The position numbers and the translations under genes are program-made. The notes beneath the pieces are model-generated. The model searched no databases. It saw only the letters and a program-made list of their open reading frames with translations, and had not been told where the DNA came from. Shown here in pieces: positions 1 through 9,230 of a DNA stretch of 64,000 bases. This DNA is from Saprospira sp. CCB-QB6 (GTDB lineage Bacteria; Bacteroidota; Bacteroidia; Chitinophagales; Saprospiraceae): positions 1,135,886-1,199,885 of the forward strand of contig NZ_CP116808.1 of assembly GCF_028464065.1 (NCBI RefSeq), written 5' to 3'. Each line of letters starts with the position of its first letter. The stretch's first letter is position 1.

Positions 1-3000
1 AGCAGTCCCCAGCAACAAGATGTTTATCAAGGTAAGCTCTTTCGCTTAGCCAACTTTAGCCAACTCCCCAATGCCAAAGAACGGGCTGCCATGAATGAAC
101 AAGGCATTGTATTTTTGGAATACCTGCCTAAAAATACCTACCTACTGGCTATTCCTGCTCGCCTGAATATTCAGGACCTACAAAACTTTGGAATTCGTGG
201 GCTCAAACCCTTAGCTCCCAAACATAAAATGGATGCCCGTTTAGACGAGCGTCCATTTCCTATTTGGGCCATGCAGGGACAGAAACTCAAGCTCTTTGTC
301 CAAATTCATCAAAATATTAACTGGGAACAGTCTTTGGCCCAACTCCAAGCAGAAGGCTACCCCCTACTCTTTGTCAACCCAATGAGTAGAACGCTAGTCA
401 CTAGCTTAGCCCCTAGCCAAATTGAAAACTTGGCCAAAAAACCCTTTGTTCGCTACCTAGACCTTCCTTCAGATCCAGGGCAACCCGAATCAGATGATGG
501 ACGTAACCTTCACCGCGCCAACCTTATCGATGGCGATTATTATGGTGCCTACGCCTATAATGGAGAAGGCGTAGCTGTCGCTATTAACGATGATGGATTT
601 GTCGGCCCCCATATCGACTTTAAAGGTCGAGCCAACCAACAAGATGTAGCTGGCGATATGACCGGAACACATGGCGATATGACCGTGGGTATTGTTGGTG
701 GAGCAGGAAACCTCAATCCAATCATGCGAGGAATGGCGCCCAATGCCTACCTACACGTGCGCCAATATAATAGCAGCCTCCCTGCTACGGTTGCCCTTCA
801 CCAAGATAGCTCCGTTATGGTTTTCTCTAGCTCTTACTCCAACGGATGTAATGCTGGTTATACCACACTTACCCGTACCGTAGACCAAGAAATTTATAAT
901 AACCCCAACCTCATCCAAGTTTTCTCTGGCGGAAACAGCAATGGTAGCGACTGTGGCTACGGCGCTGGCAGTCAATGGGGAAACATTACAGGAGGACATA
1001 AAATGGGGAAAAATGTTCTAGCAACAGCTAATCTCCATAATGATGATGACCTAGCGACTAGTAGTAGCCGTGGCCCCGCTTCAGACGGTCGGATCAAACC
1101 AGATATCGCAGCACATGGTCAAGGCCATGTCTCTACCGACCCAGATAATAGCTATGCCGTTGGTGGTGGAACCTCTGCGGCAGCCCCTGGCATCGCAGGA
1201 GTGCTTACTCAACTACATCAAGCTTATCGCAGCATGAATGCAGGCACTGACGCCCCCTCTGCCCTACTCAAAGCAGCTTTGCTCAACTCTGCCAATGATT
1301 TGGGTAATGATGGTCCTGACTTTTCTTTTGGTTGGGGTAAGGTTAATGCTTATCGCGCCCTCAAAACCCTAGAAGATAATCGTTATATCAATGGAGCAGT
1401 TGGACAAGCAGCTAGCGCAACACATACCATCAACATTCCAGCAAATGTGCGCCGTGCTAAAATTATGATCTACTGGCATGATAAAGAAGCCTCTACTTCT
1501 TCTACCTTAGCACTTGTCAATAACCTAGACCTTAGTGTTAATGACCCTAGCAACACGACACACTTCCCTTGGATCCTAGATCCAGCCCCCCTTGCCTCTA
1601 CCCTAGCTCTCCCTGCAACTAAAGGTGTAGATACCCTTAACAATGTGGAACAAGTGGCTATCGACAACCCTAGCGCAGGAACTTACACGATTAACGTAGC
1701 AGGCACAAGCGTTCCTTTTGGTCCTCAAAACTACTATATCGTCTATGAATTCCTAACCGATGAGATTATGCTTACCTATCCCGTTGGTGGCGAAGGCCTT
1801 ATTCCTGGAACTCAAGACCGAATCCATTGGGATGCCTATGGAACAACAAACAGCTTCAATATTGAGTACAGTGCCGACAATGGCAACGCTTGGAGTACTG
1901 TACAAACTAATGTAGCTGGTAGCGCTCGATTTATTGATTGGACCGTTCCCGCTACAGTAACTGGGCAAGGACTTATCCGCATTACAAGAGGAACAAATAC
2001 AGACCTTAGCGATGCCAATTTTTCTATCCTTGAAACACCTCAAAATATTCGCATCGTAGCCGTTTGTACTTCTGCCAATACCGTCCGCATCAATTGGGAT
2101 GCCGTAGCTGGCGCCACCGAATACGATGTCTTTGTTCTTGGTGCAACTCATATGGATTCTATTGGCTCTACAGCAACCCTAAGCTTTGATGTTCCCGTAA
2201 ACAATATCAATGATGATCAGTGGTTCTCTGTTCGGGCTAAAGGTCCCAACGGGCTTAGAGGCCGACGAGCTATTGCCGTGCAAATGCAAGGAGGCAATAG
2301 CGGTAATTCAGCCTGTATGATGGATTGTAGCTTGACAGATGACGCTGGAATCAATCAAGTTTTTAGCCCTCAAGCCCTTCAACAAAGTTGTAATGGAGAT
2401 ACACTAGCCGTAGACGTAGAACTAACCAACATCAGTAACCAAGCACAAAGCAATTTTGAAGTCTACTACCAACTAGACAACCAAACTGTTGTTACTGATA
2501 CCTTTACAGGTACACTAGCCGCCGGTAGCCTCACTAATTTTAGCTTTAGTCAACCTGTAGTCTTAGCCGGCCCCGGCCAATATCAATTTAAGGTATGGAC
2601 CAATATCCCTGGAGATGGCGCCCGCTGTAATGATACCATTAGTATGACCATTGACTTTAATACAACGATTAGCAGCTTCCCTTATATCGAAGACTTTGAA
2701 TCAGGCGTCTTCCCTCCAGCAAATTCTTACCTAGAAAATAATGACGCAAGCCTTAGCTGGCGAGAGGATAATGTGACGGGCAGCAATGGCAGCCCTACTA
2801 CCGCTATTAGAGTCAATAACTTTTCCTATAATGCCGCTGGCGAAGAAGATGTCCTTGGCTTTTTTAGCATGGACCTCACCAATGCCCCCGCTGCCCAACT
2901 GAGCTTTGACGTAGCCTATGCCGCATACAGCAGCTCTCTATACGATGGCCTACGCGTAGAAGTCTCTACCGATTGCGGACAAACTTACAGCCAACTCTAC

Positions 3001-4572
3001 TTTAAGGAAAATCTCAACCTAGCTACAGCAGGTACGCAAACTGGGCAATTTAGCCCCTCTGATGCTAGTGACTGGCGCACAGAAATTATTGATCTTGCCC
3101 CTTATGTTGGCAATAATGTAGCTTTCCGCTTTGTCAATATTTGTGGCTTTGGCAACGACCTTTTTCTAGATAATATCAACATTAACACAGTCAACAACGT
3201 CCCTACAACAGCCTTTAATGTAAATAGCACAACTAGCTGTAGCGGCGCTATCTCTTTTACAGACCAATCTACTAATAGCCCCACTTCTTGGAGCTGGGAT
3301 TTTGGCGATGGCAATACCTCTAACCAACAAAACCCCAACCACCAATACGCTAGCAATGGTAGCTATACCGTGCAGCTAATTACTAGCAATCAATTGGGAA
3401 GCGATACACTTACCCAAACCAACTACATAACCGTTAACTTCCCTAGCGCCCCCTCTGCACCAACTACAGCTAATGGCTGTGTTGGACAAGCTATCGCCCT
3501 TAGCGCCTCTAGCACTAACGATATCTGGTGGTCCGACGCAAATGGCAACCTCCTCTTTGAAGGCCAAAATTATAATGCGATCCCCTCAACTACAAGTAGT
3601 AGCTATTTGGTCCAAAGTGTAATTACTTCTCCTTCTCAACAAGTTGGCCCTGCTACCCCCACAACTGTAGGCCCTGGTGGATATTTCACGGGTACTCAAT
3701 ACCTCAATTTCGACGCTTCTGGCCCCATTCGCATCGTCTCTGTTTTGGTCGATGCCAATACTGCTGGAAATAGAACAATCGAGCTCTATGATGCCATCAA
3801 TGGCGGAGGCACCCTCATCCAATCAACTACCGTAAATGTTCCCAGCGGCCAAAGTCGAGTTACACTTAATTTTGTACTACCCGCTGCAGGCACTTACAGC
3901 ATCGGAGGAACGGCCTTTGATTTCTACAGAAATAGTAGTGGAGCCAACTACCCCTATAGTGTCGCCGGCCTAATTAGCATTACTGGCTCTTCTTTTAACT
4001 CCGATTATTACTATTTCTTCTATGATTGGGAGATCCAAGATGCCCCCTGCCGCTCTGCTGCCGTTACGGTAAATGTTTCCGCCGATCAAGCTAACTTTAA
4101 CCATGACGCAAATGCTAGTACCCTTGCCGTTAACTTCACGGACCAATCCGCTGGAGCCAATAACTGGAACTGGGACTTTGGCGATGGCAATAGCGCTAGC
4201 CAACAAAATCCTAGCTATACCTATGCTGCCGCTGGCGTTTATGTCGTTCAACTGACGATTAACGGCAATTGTAGCTTTACCGATACAGTCACTGTCGGAC
4301 CTACCGCTACCCAAAGCTGGAGCAATGGCACAGATGTTCGCCTCCTCCCCAACCCTAGCCTTGGCCAAAGCCAACTGCAACTCTCTAGCGCACTTAGCCA
4401 AAACTTGAGCATCCAACTACTCTCCCTAGATGGCCGCCTCTTGAAAAGCTATGAACTGCCCGCCGGCCAAAACAAACTAGATCTTAATGAAAATCTAGCC
4501 CCCGGCTTCTACTTCTTGCGCCTCCAAAAGGCAGAAGAACAACTTACCCTCAAATGGATTATCCAAGACTAA
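1..4572 (+). CDS. Subtilisin-like serine peptidase (S8) with PKD domains and T9SS C-terminal sorting domain; 5' end probably outside window (frame open to position 1)
   Basis: S8 Asp/His/Ser motifs (AINDDGF, GTHGDMTVG, GTSAAAPGIAGV); two PKD-like WSWDFGDGNTS / WNWDFGDGNSAS modules; C-terminal LLPNPSLGQ...YFLRLQ T9SS tail. No stop between position 1 and the ATG at 91. Confidence 0.85.
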   Translation, partial: SSPQQQDVYQGKLFRLANFSQLPNAKERAAMNEQGIVFLEYLPKNTYLLAIPARLNIQDLQNFGIRGLKPLAPKHKMDARLDERPFPIWAMQGQKLKLFVQIHQNINWEQSLAQLQAEGYPLLFVNPMSRTLVTSLAPSQIENLAKKPFVRYLDLPSDPGQPESDDGRNLHRANLIDGDYYGAYAYNGEGVAVAINDDGFVGPHIDFKGRANQQDVAGDMTGTHGDMTVGIVGGAGNLNPIMRGMAPNAYLHVRQYNSSLPATVALHQDSSVMVFSSSYSNGCNAGYTTLTRTVDQEIYNNPNLIQVFSGGNSNGSDCGYGAGSQWGNITGGHKMGKNVLATANLHNDDDLATSSSRGPASDGRIKPDIAAHGQGHVSTDPDNSYAVGGGTSAAAPGIAGVLTQLHQAYRSMNAGTDAPSALLKAALLNSANDLGNDGPDFSFGWGKVNAYRALKTLEDNRYINGAVGQAASATHTINIPANVRRAKIMIYWHDKEASTSSTLALVNNLDLSVNDPSNTTHFPWILDPAPLASTLALPATKGVDTLNNVEQVAIDNPSAGTYTINVAGTSVPFGPQNYYIVYEFLTDEIMLTYPVGGEGLIPGTQDRIHWDAYGTTNSFNIEYSADNGNAWSTVQTNVAGSARFIDWTVPATVTGQGLIRITRGTNTDLSDANFSILETPQNIRIVAVCTSANTVRINWDAVAGATEYDVFVLGATHMDSIGSTATLSFDVPVNNINDDQWFSVRAKGPNGLRGRRAIAVQMQGGNSGNSACMMDCSLTDDAGINQVFSPQALQQSCNGDTLAVDVELTNISNQAQSNFEVYYQLDNQTVVTDTFTGTLAAGSLTNFSFSQPVVLAGPGQYQFKVWTNIPGDGARCNDTISMTIDFNTTISSFPYIEDFESGVFPPANSYLENNDASLSWREDNVTGSNGSPTTAIRVNNFSYNAAGEEDVLGFFSMDLTNAPAAQLSFDVAYAAYSSSLYDGLRVEVSTDCGQTYSQLYFKENLNLATAGTQTGQFSPSDASDWRTEIIDLAPYVGNNVAFRFVNICGFGNDLFLDNININTVNNVPTTAFNVNSTTSCSGAISFTDQSTNSPTSWSWDFGDGNTSNQQNPNHQYASNGSYTVQLITSNQLGSDTLTQTNYITVNFPSAPSAPTTANGCVGQAIALSASSTNDIWWSDANGNLLFEGQNYNAIPSTTSSSYLVQSVITSPSQQVGPATPTTVGPGGYFTGTQYLNFDASGPIRIVSVLVDANTAGNRTIELYDAINGGGTLIQSTTVNVPSGQSRVTLNFVLPAAGTYSIGGTAFDFYRNSSGANYPYSVAGLISITGSSFNSDYYYFFYDWEIQDAPCRSAAVTVNVSADQANFNHDANASTLAVNFTDQSAGANNWNWDFGDGNSASQQNPSYTYAAAGVYVVQLTINGNCSFTDTVTVGPTATQSWSNGTDVRLLPNPSLGQSQLQLSSALSQNLSIQLLSLDGRLLKSYELPAGQNKLDLNENLAPGFYFLRLQKAEEQLTLKWIIQD

Positions 4573-4603
4573 TCCCTCCCGATTTTTCTTGATATTCAAA
4601 CTT

Positions 4604-4637
4604 AGAGACCTTCTTTTCAGGAGGTCTCTTTTTTTTG
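4604..4637 (+). terminator. Rho-independent terminator of S8 peptidase gene
   Basis: Hairpin agagacc-ttcttttcagg-aggtctct followed by a T8 run that merges into the TTTTGGGG start of element copy 1. Confidence 0.7.
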
Positions 4638-4754
4638 GGGCCTGCCGCCTTTGGCGGCCGGGCCCTTGCAGGGCTCGCAGGTCTGCTCGGCCCTTCAGCC
4701 CTTCGGGCTTCGGTCTGGCCTGCGGCCACCCTTTCAGGCCCCTAGGCCAAATGG
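4633..4754 (+). repeat. GC-rich structured interspersed element, copy 1 (subfamily II, core variant GCTCGCAGGTCTGCTCGGCC)
   Basis: TTTTGGGGCC...gccgcctttggcggc hairpin...GCTCGCAGGTCTGCTCGGCC...GGTCTGGCC...CCTAGGCCAAATGG; shares modules with about 22 other copies in the window. Confidence 0.9.
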
Positions 4755-4811
4755 GAACCCTTCGCTTCTGCCCCCCTTTGATAAAAAAAGGCTACTTTAA
4801 GCTATTCTCTC

Positions 4812-5070
4812 TATAGATATATGCCATCCCTATCTTAGGATAACTAGTTTTTGCGCAGATATATACCTTCCCTGCCTTTTGATGACTAGTTTTTGCGCAG
4901 ATATATGCCTTCCCTGCCTTTTGATCGCTAGTTTTTACGCAGATATATGCCTTCCCTGCCTTTTGATGACTAGTTTTTACGCAGATATATGCCTTCCCTG
5001 CCTTTTGATCGCTAGTTTTTGCACAGATATATGCCTTCCCTGCCTTTTGATCGCTAGTTTTTGCAGAGCA
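4812..5070. repeat. 42-bp tandem repeat array (about 5.5 units; unit ctagtttttgcgcagatatatgccttccctgccttttgatga) plus one degenerate leading unit
   Basis: ctag recurs at 4844, 4886, 4928, 4970, 5012, 5054 (period 42); units differ only at 2-3 positions (ga/cg, g/a). Not a multiple of 3; ORF 4879..5079 is its translation. Confidence 0.9.
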
Positions 5071-5106
5071 AATAGCTAAAAGAAACTTTTCTCTTTAGGC
5101 TAGGAC

Positions 5107-5136
5107 CTAAAAAGGGCCAGCTAAATAGCTGGCCCT
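5107..5136 (-). terminator. Rho-independent terminator (minus strand) downstream of DoxX gene and element copy 2
   Basis: Perfect hairpin agggccagct-aaat-agctggccct, followed on the minus strand by TTTTT. Confidence 0.65.
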
Positions 5137-5152
5137 AAATCTTATGGATCTA

Positions 5153-5297
5153 GCAGGGCGCAAAGCGCCCGCAGGCTGAGGGATGAGAGCAGGGCCGCCC
5201 TAGGCGGCAGCCCCAGGCGCTTTAGCGCCGCAGGGCCGAGCGAACAGCGAGCTGCGGACAGCCCGACCCGCCCGCAGGGCGGGGCAGCCCCAAAAAA
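5153..5297 (-). repeat. GC-rich structured interspersed element, copy 2 (subfamily I)
   Basis: Reverse orientation: ...gctgagggatg...GGCCGAGCGAACAGCGAGC...cccgacccgcccgcagggcggggcagccccAAAA; lies between the DoxX stop and its terminator. Confidence 0.9.
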
Positions 5298-5310
5298 TAA
5301 TCCTCCAATC

Positions 5311-6333
5311 CTAAAGCGATAACTCCCAACTCAAACCCGAAATATCGACTAATCTTAGGGCTTTGGCCTTAGCCGCCAGCCTTTTGCTAAGGGGCAGACT
5401 CAGGCGAGCCTTGGCCCCCAAGGGAACCACTAGGCTATGTGCCCCCGCCTTGATTTTAGCGGGATAAGCATTCTGAATTTGTTGGTCGGGCAGGCTAGAA
5501 AGCACCTTTTGGTCCCAGGTCTTTAGAACTTGCCCTCTCTCATCTAACAATTCAATCTGGATGATAAAGGAGCCATAGACATCTACGCCCTCTATGCGAT
5601 AGAGCTCAAAGCTCAGACTATCGGCCTGAAGAAGCGGGGCTGATAGGGCCAATTTGGGCTTAACAGATTTGTTGTGTAGTTGCCCCCATAGGCCCGAATG
5701 AAAATATTGATTGGTATAAAGGGCGAGGGCCAAGATGAGCAAACTGCTCCATAAAACGGGCTTTTGGAAGCGTTCCCAGCGGATAGGGCCAGAGCTCCAG
5801 AACGACAGGTAACTGCTCCAGCCCCAATGCTCCAAAGCATAATGATCTAGGCTATAGCGGCCTCCGCCCGTCATAAATATACTGGCCCCAGCAGATACCC
5901 CCAAAATGCCAATTTGCCATTCATCTAGGCAGGTCGTGCCCAACCAGCCCGAACCCAGCAAAATGCCTAGGGCAAGGCCCAAAACGGCCAGACTCATCAG
6001 GCGACTTAAAAAGCCAAGCATAAAAAAGAGGCCCACAACACCCTCTACCAAAGTAAAAAAGAGCATGGCCCACCAGAGATAGGCGGGATGTTCGAGCAAA
6101 AACTCGATGATTGGGCCAATGCCTAGGGCCTGCGGCAAAAAATGGTTAAACTTGATGCCGATATAATTAGCCGCATCGGGGTCTAGCTTATTAGAGAGAA
6201 TCAGGCGGCGCCAAAAAGCCGAGAAATAGGTCCACCCCACCACTAGGCGGAGGCCCAAATTAAAGACGCCCAATAATTTATAAGAAAGGAACTGCTGCCC
6301 ATCTTGGGGCAAGGCTGTTGTTTGATTTGACAT
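5311..6333 (-). CDS. DoxX family membrane protein with about 190-aa C-terminal extension
   Basis: N-terminal DoxX-like TM region (LRLVVGWTYFSAFWRRL; several hydrophobic helices); C-terminal part unassigned. Confidence 0.65.
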   Translation of the reverse strand: MSNQTTALPQDGQQFLSYKLLGVFNLGLRLVVGWTYFSAFWRRLILSNKLDPDAANYIGIKFNHFLPQALGIGPIIEFLLEHPAYLWWAMLFFTLVEGVVGLFFMLGFLSRLMSLAVLGLALGILLGSGWLGTTCLDEWQIGILGVSAGASIFMTGGGRYSLDHYALEHWGWSSYLSFWSSGPIRWERFQKPVLWSSLLILALALYTNQYFHSGLWGQLHNKSVKPKLALSAPLLQADSLSFELYRIEGVDVYGSFIIQIELLDERGQVLKTWDQKVLSSLPDQQIQNAYPAKIKAGAHSLVVPLGAKARLSLPLSKRLAAKAKALRLVDISGLSWELSL

Positions 6334-6751
6334 ATAAATGAGTTTTTTTAATGAATGAATTGCTTAATTGCCAAGCATTCATCAACTCATTTTTCCATTG
6401 TTGGTAGAGCAGAAAGTAGGGTCGAGGAGGGCCTCGAGGGCCTTCGGCATCGAGCATAGCTCTATTTTTCCGCTTCATTTGGCTCAAAAAAAATAGCGAA
6501 GCCGAAGAAAGAGGCTTTGGACCTATTTTCTTTAGCTTCACTATCGTTTGGCTCCATTGCAGAAGCCTGTTTTCGCTTTTTTGTTCTGTTTTCGCACAGC
6601 TTAGGCCTTTGGCTTTTGCGGCCACAGCCGTGGGCAATTGGCCCAAACTGCTTTGCAGGGCCCAGCGCATTTTGCAAGGAGCCAGCAAGAGCAAGCTGCC
6701 CAAAAAGAGCAGGCCAATATATCTGCGAAGCCTTTTCATAGGCACAAACAT
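6278..6751 (-). CDS. Doubtful small ORF (signal-peptide-like N-terminus MKRLRRYIGLLFLGSLLLLAPC) overlapping hairpin structures and the DoxX start
   Basis: ORF only; spans a long imperfect hairpin (6336-6392) and a GC hairpin (6420-6456); overlaps the downstream gene by about 55 bp. Confidence 0.2.
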   Translation of the reverse strand: MFVPMKRLRRYIGLLFLGSLLLLAPCKMRWALQSSLGQLPTAVAAKAKGLSCAKTEQKSENRLLQWSQTIVKLKKIGPKPLSSASLFFLSQMKRKNRAMLDAEGPRGPPRPYFLLYQQWKNELMNAWQLSNSFIKKTHLYVKSNNSLAPRWAAVPFL

Positions 6752-6779
6752 AAGGCTTTATTCCTTGCGCTTTTCTTAG

Positions 6780-7463
6780 CTATTTGCTAAAGCTTTCCAA
6801 AAGTCCTTTAGCCCCTTCAAACAAGCTGTCTAGGGCTTTTTCCATTTGCCAGCCGGCTCGATTGCGGGGCTCTACATAATTGGAGATAGACCGCAGGGCC
6901 ACAAAAGGCTGTTTGGCTTGCAGGCAGGCAAAGAAAAAGGCAGCGCCCTCCATACTCTCCAAATCGGCCTCGGGATATTTGGCCCGAATCTGCTCGATAG
7001 AATGGGCAGAACCATGGGCTTTATTGACCGTTAGGCCCGTAGCCAGGGGCAAAAACTCGCTTTCATCGGCCTGGGGATTATAAAGCCGCTTATTGATATA
7101 AGGCGGATTACTTGGTTCTAAGAGGCCCAAATCAAAGAGATCTAATAGGCGACCGTCTTTTTCCTCGGCCCCTAGGTCTCCTAAGATTTCGGCCCGAACG
7201 TGATAGAGCTGGCCCAAAACCAAATCGGGATTCAAGGCTCCAGCTACCCCTAGGTTAATCGCCAAATCGGGGGGATTTAAGAGGAGCTCTTGGCCCAAAG
7301 CATGGGCGGTATGCATACTGCCCACCCCAGTGATTAGGCAATGTAGTTCTAGTTGGCCTTGCTTAAAGCTACCCGCTCTGCGCTGGGGCTCCCAGTTTTT
7401 GTACAGCCATTGCAAAAGGGGCGAAATTTCTAGTTCGGTAGCGGCGACAATCAGGAGTTTCAT
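6780..7463 (-). CDS. MTA/SAH nucleosidase family protein (PNP_UDP_1 fold; futalosine hydrolase MqnB-like)
   Basis: MKLLIVAATELE N-terminus, GVGSMHTAHALGQ, NLGVAGALNPD motifs typical of MtnN/MqnB-type nucleosidases; 4-bp overlap with the upstream NRDE gene. Confidence 0.55.
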   Translation of the reverse strand: MKLLIVAATELEISPLLQWLYKNWEPQRRAGSFKQGQLELHCLITGVGSMHTAHALGQELLLNPPDLAINLGVAGALNPDLVLGQLYHVRAEILGDLGAEEKDGRLLDLFDLGLLEPSNPPYINKRLYNPQADESEFLPLATGLTVNKAHGSAHSIEQIRAKYPEADLESMEGAAFFFACLQAKQPFVALRSISNYVEPRNRAGWQMEKALDSLFEGAKGLLESFSK

Positions 7464-8170
7464 AGTTGAGTGGCTTGTTCGGCGAGATATTCTTCTTGGC
7501 TGAGGCGGTCATAATAGCGCATCTTAAAGCGCTCATTTTCGAGGACCACTTGAGTGTGGCTAACCGTCTGCACAATGCCATTATTGCGGTACATCACTAG
7601 GCCATTTTCGATATCGCCTTGGCCACCTTCCTGATGAAACTGCCAAGCGGATTCTGGGCGGTAGATGCCTTGTTGGCCCTTCCAATCGCTAAACCAGCCC
7701 GCTCTTTGGGCCTGAATCGGAGCGGGATAAAGAGTGGCAGAAGACCAGATATAGGCTTCGGTGGGCATCAATTCTTCTACATGAGCCCTTTCCTCATCCC
7801 AGCGCAATTGGTACAAACTGCCTCGGTCATAAATGACCAAAGTAAAGGGTTCGATCCCTTCAAAATCATAGTGTTCAAAAAAGCTGGGCGCATCTTCATA
7901 ATCAAAGAAATCGAGGACCAGCAGGCCACGGCTGCGCTTATAAGGCGGTTGGTGTTTATGTTTCACAAAGGCGCCATTGAGCAAACAAAGCAGGCGGCCA
8001 TTATCCGAGGCGGCAATCCAAGTTCCCCCTTGGCTCGGCTCTTTGGGGTAAATCAACCCCTTTTCCTCATTCTTAAAAATCCCCTCGGGTTGGCGGCGGG
8101 GGCTCTCATCTCGGTTAGACGTCAGTACAAATTGGTCCTTGCCTAGGGGCAAGTAAGTTACGGTACACAT
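7460..8170 (-). CDS. NRDE family protein (DUF833-like)
   Basis: MCTVTY...TSNRDE motif at N-terminus. The ORF-track start at 8326 is an artefact of read-through into element copy 4; start reassigned to the ATG at 8168-8170. Confidence 0.7.
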   Translation of the reverse strand: MCTVTYLPLGKDQFVLTSNRDESPRRQPEGIFKNEEKGLIYPKEPSQGGTWIAASDNGRLLCLLNGAFVKHKHQPPYKRSRGLLVLDFFDYEDAPSFFEHYDFEGIEPFTLVIYDRGSLYQLRWDEERAHVEELMPTEAYIWSSATLYPAPIQAQRAGWFSDWKGQQGIYRPESAWQFHQEGGQGDIENGLVMYRNNGIVQTVSHTQVVLENERFKMRYYDRLSQEEYLAEQATQL

Positions 8171-8212
8171 AATATTATAAAGTTCTTGTTTTTCGGTTGG
8201 GGGTTGGGGATA

Positions 8213-8360
8213 TTTTGGGGCTGCCCCGGCCAAGGGCCGGGTCGGGCTGTATCGGGGCTCGCTGTTCGCTCGGCCCTGCGCGGGCTTTGCCCGCTGGGTC
8301 TGCGGCTTCGCCGCCCCCCTTTCCATCCCTCAGCCGAGGCGCTTTGCGCCTGCTCGCTGC
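8213..8360 (+). repeat. GC-rich structured interspersed element, copy 4 (subfamily I)
   Basis: TTTTGGGGCTGCCCCggccaagggccgggTCGGGCTGTatcggGGCTCGCTGTTCGCTCGGCCCTGCGcgggctttgcccgc...CCATCCCTCAGCC; preceded by a partial duplicate ggttgggggttgggga. Confidence 0.9.
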
Positions 8361-8363
8361 AAA

Positions 8364-8996
8364 TTATTGGCCCAATAAAATTTGTTGGGGAAAGAGTTTT
8401 TTGAGGCGGGCATCATGGGTTACAATCAGCAGGCTAGCGTTTAGGGCTTCTGATTGTTCGCGGAGGAGTTGGGCCACTTCCTTGGCATTTTTATCGTCTA
8501 GGCTGGCCGTGGGTTCATCGGCGAGGATGAGTTGGGGGCGGCGCAGTAGCACTCTAGCAATAGCGATGCGTTGTTGTTCGCCTTGGCTTAATTGATGGGG
8601 TTTGGCCTTGCCTTTATCGGCTAGGCCTAGGCGGTCTAGCAACTGGGAAATGGCGTTTTTATCTTGTTTGATTTTGGCAAAATACTGAGCGGCTAGAAGG
8701 TTCTCTTCTACATTTAGGGAGCGGACCAGGTGGGCCTGTTGAAAGACGACGCCTACCTTTTGGCCTCTAAACTCATCTAATTGGCCCTTCATATTTTCTA
8801 GGGCTAGCTCTCCTAGGCGGATACTTCCGCTTTGTAATTTTCGGAGGCCAGCGATCAGGTGGAGCAGGGTGGTTTTGCCGCAGCCGGATTGGCCTAAGAG
8901 CAGGCGTTGTTCGCCGGCGGGGCAAGTAAAATTGGGAAAATCGATCTGTTTTCCATCGGGATATTGGTAACTAACATCTTGAACGTGTAGGTCCAT
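8364..8996 (-). CDS. ABC transporter ATP-binding protein (lone ATPase, about 211 aa)
   Basis: Walker A GQSGCGKTT, ABC signature LSQGEQQRIAIARVL, Walker B LILADEPTASLD. Start reassigned to MDLHVQDV (8996) because the longer ORF runs into element copy 5. Confidence 0.85.
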   Translation of the reverse strand: MDLHVQDVSYQYPDGKQIDFPNFTCPAGEQRLLLGQSGCGKTTLLHLIAGLRKLQSGSIRLGELALENMKGQLDEFRGQKVGVVFQQAHLVRSLNVEENLLAAQYFAKIKQDKNAISQLLDRLGLADKGKAKPHQLSQGEQQRIAIARVLLRRPQLILADEPTASLDDKNAKEVAQLLREQSEALNASLLIVTHDARLKKLFPQQILLGQ

Positions 8997-9010
8997 AGGA
9001 AAGAAGTTTC

Positions 9011-9171
9011 TGGTCCAAAAAATGGCGGCTTTGCCGCCTTGGCCGCAGGCCAAACGGCCTAGGGGCGTGAAGGGGTGGCCGAAGGCCAGACCGAAGCGCG
9101 CAGCGCTGAAGGGCCGAGCGAATAGCGAGCCCCGGAACGTAGCGCCGCAGCTTGCTGCGGAGGCCCCAAAA
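9011..9171 (-). repeat. GC-rich structured interspersed element, copy 5 (subfamily II)
   Basis: ...GGCCGAGCGAATAGCGAGCcccggaacgtagcgccgcagcttgctgcggaggccccAAAA; left end tggtccaaaaaa matches the AATTGGACCAAAA tail seen on other copies. Confidence 0.9.
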
Positions 9172-9174
9172 GGG

Positions 9175-9210
9175 CATAAAAAAGGGGAGAACAGCGAACT
9201 GTCCTCCCCT
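9175..9210 (-). terminator. Rho-independent terminator of the 1885-aa adhesin gene (minus strand)
   Basis: Hairpin aggggag-aacagcgaactgtc-ctcccct followed on the minus strand by T6. Confidence 0.6.
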
Positions 9211-9230
9211 CAAAAGTACAATATTTTGGC

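Noticed and set aside
4812-5070. Possible CRISPR array (regular about 41-42 bp periodicity here and at 46836-47065)
   Set aside because: Units are contiguous near-identical copies with no intervening unique spacers and no cas genes nearby, so they are tandem minisatellites rather than CRISPR.
4879-5079. 66-aa ORF MMTSFCADICLPCLLIASFYADICLPCLL... with internal repeats
   Set aside because: It is the translation of the 42-bp tandem DNA repeat. The period is not a multiple of 3 and there is no start context, so it is not coding.
7619-8146. 175-aa ORF on the + strand
   Set aside because: It is entirely antisense to the well-supported NRDE-family gene and has no motifs.
8197-8595. 132-aa ORF rich in Arg/Ala/Ser/Leu
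   Set aside because: It lies within or antisense to element copy 4 and the ABC ATPase gene, and its composition reflects the GC-rich repeat.
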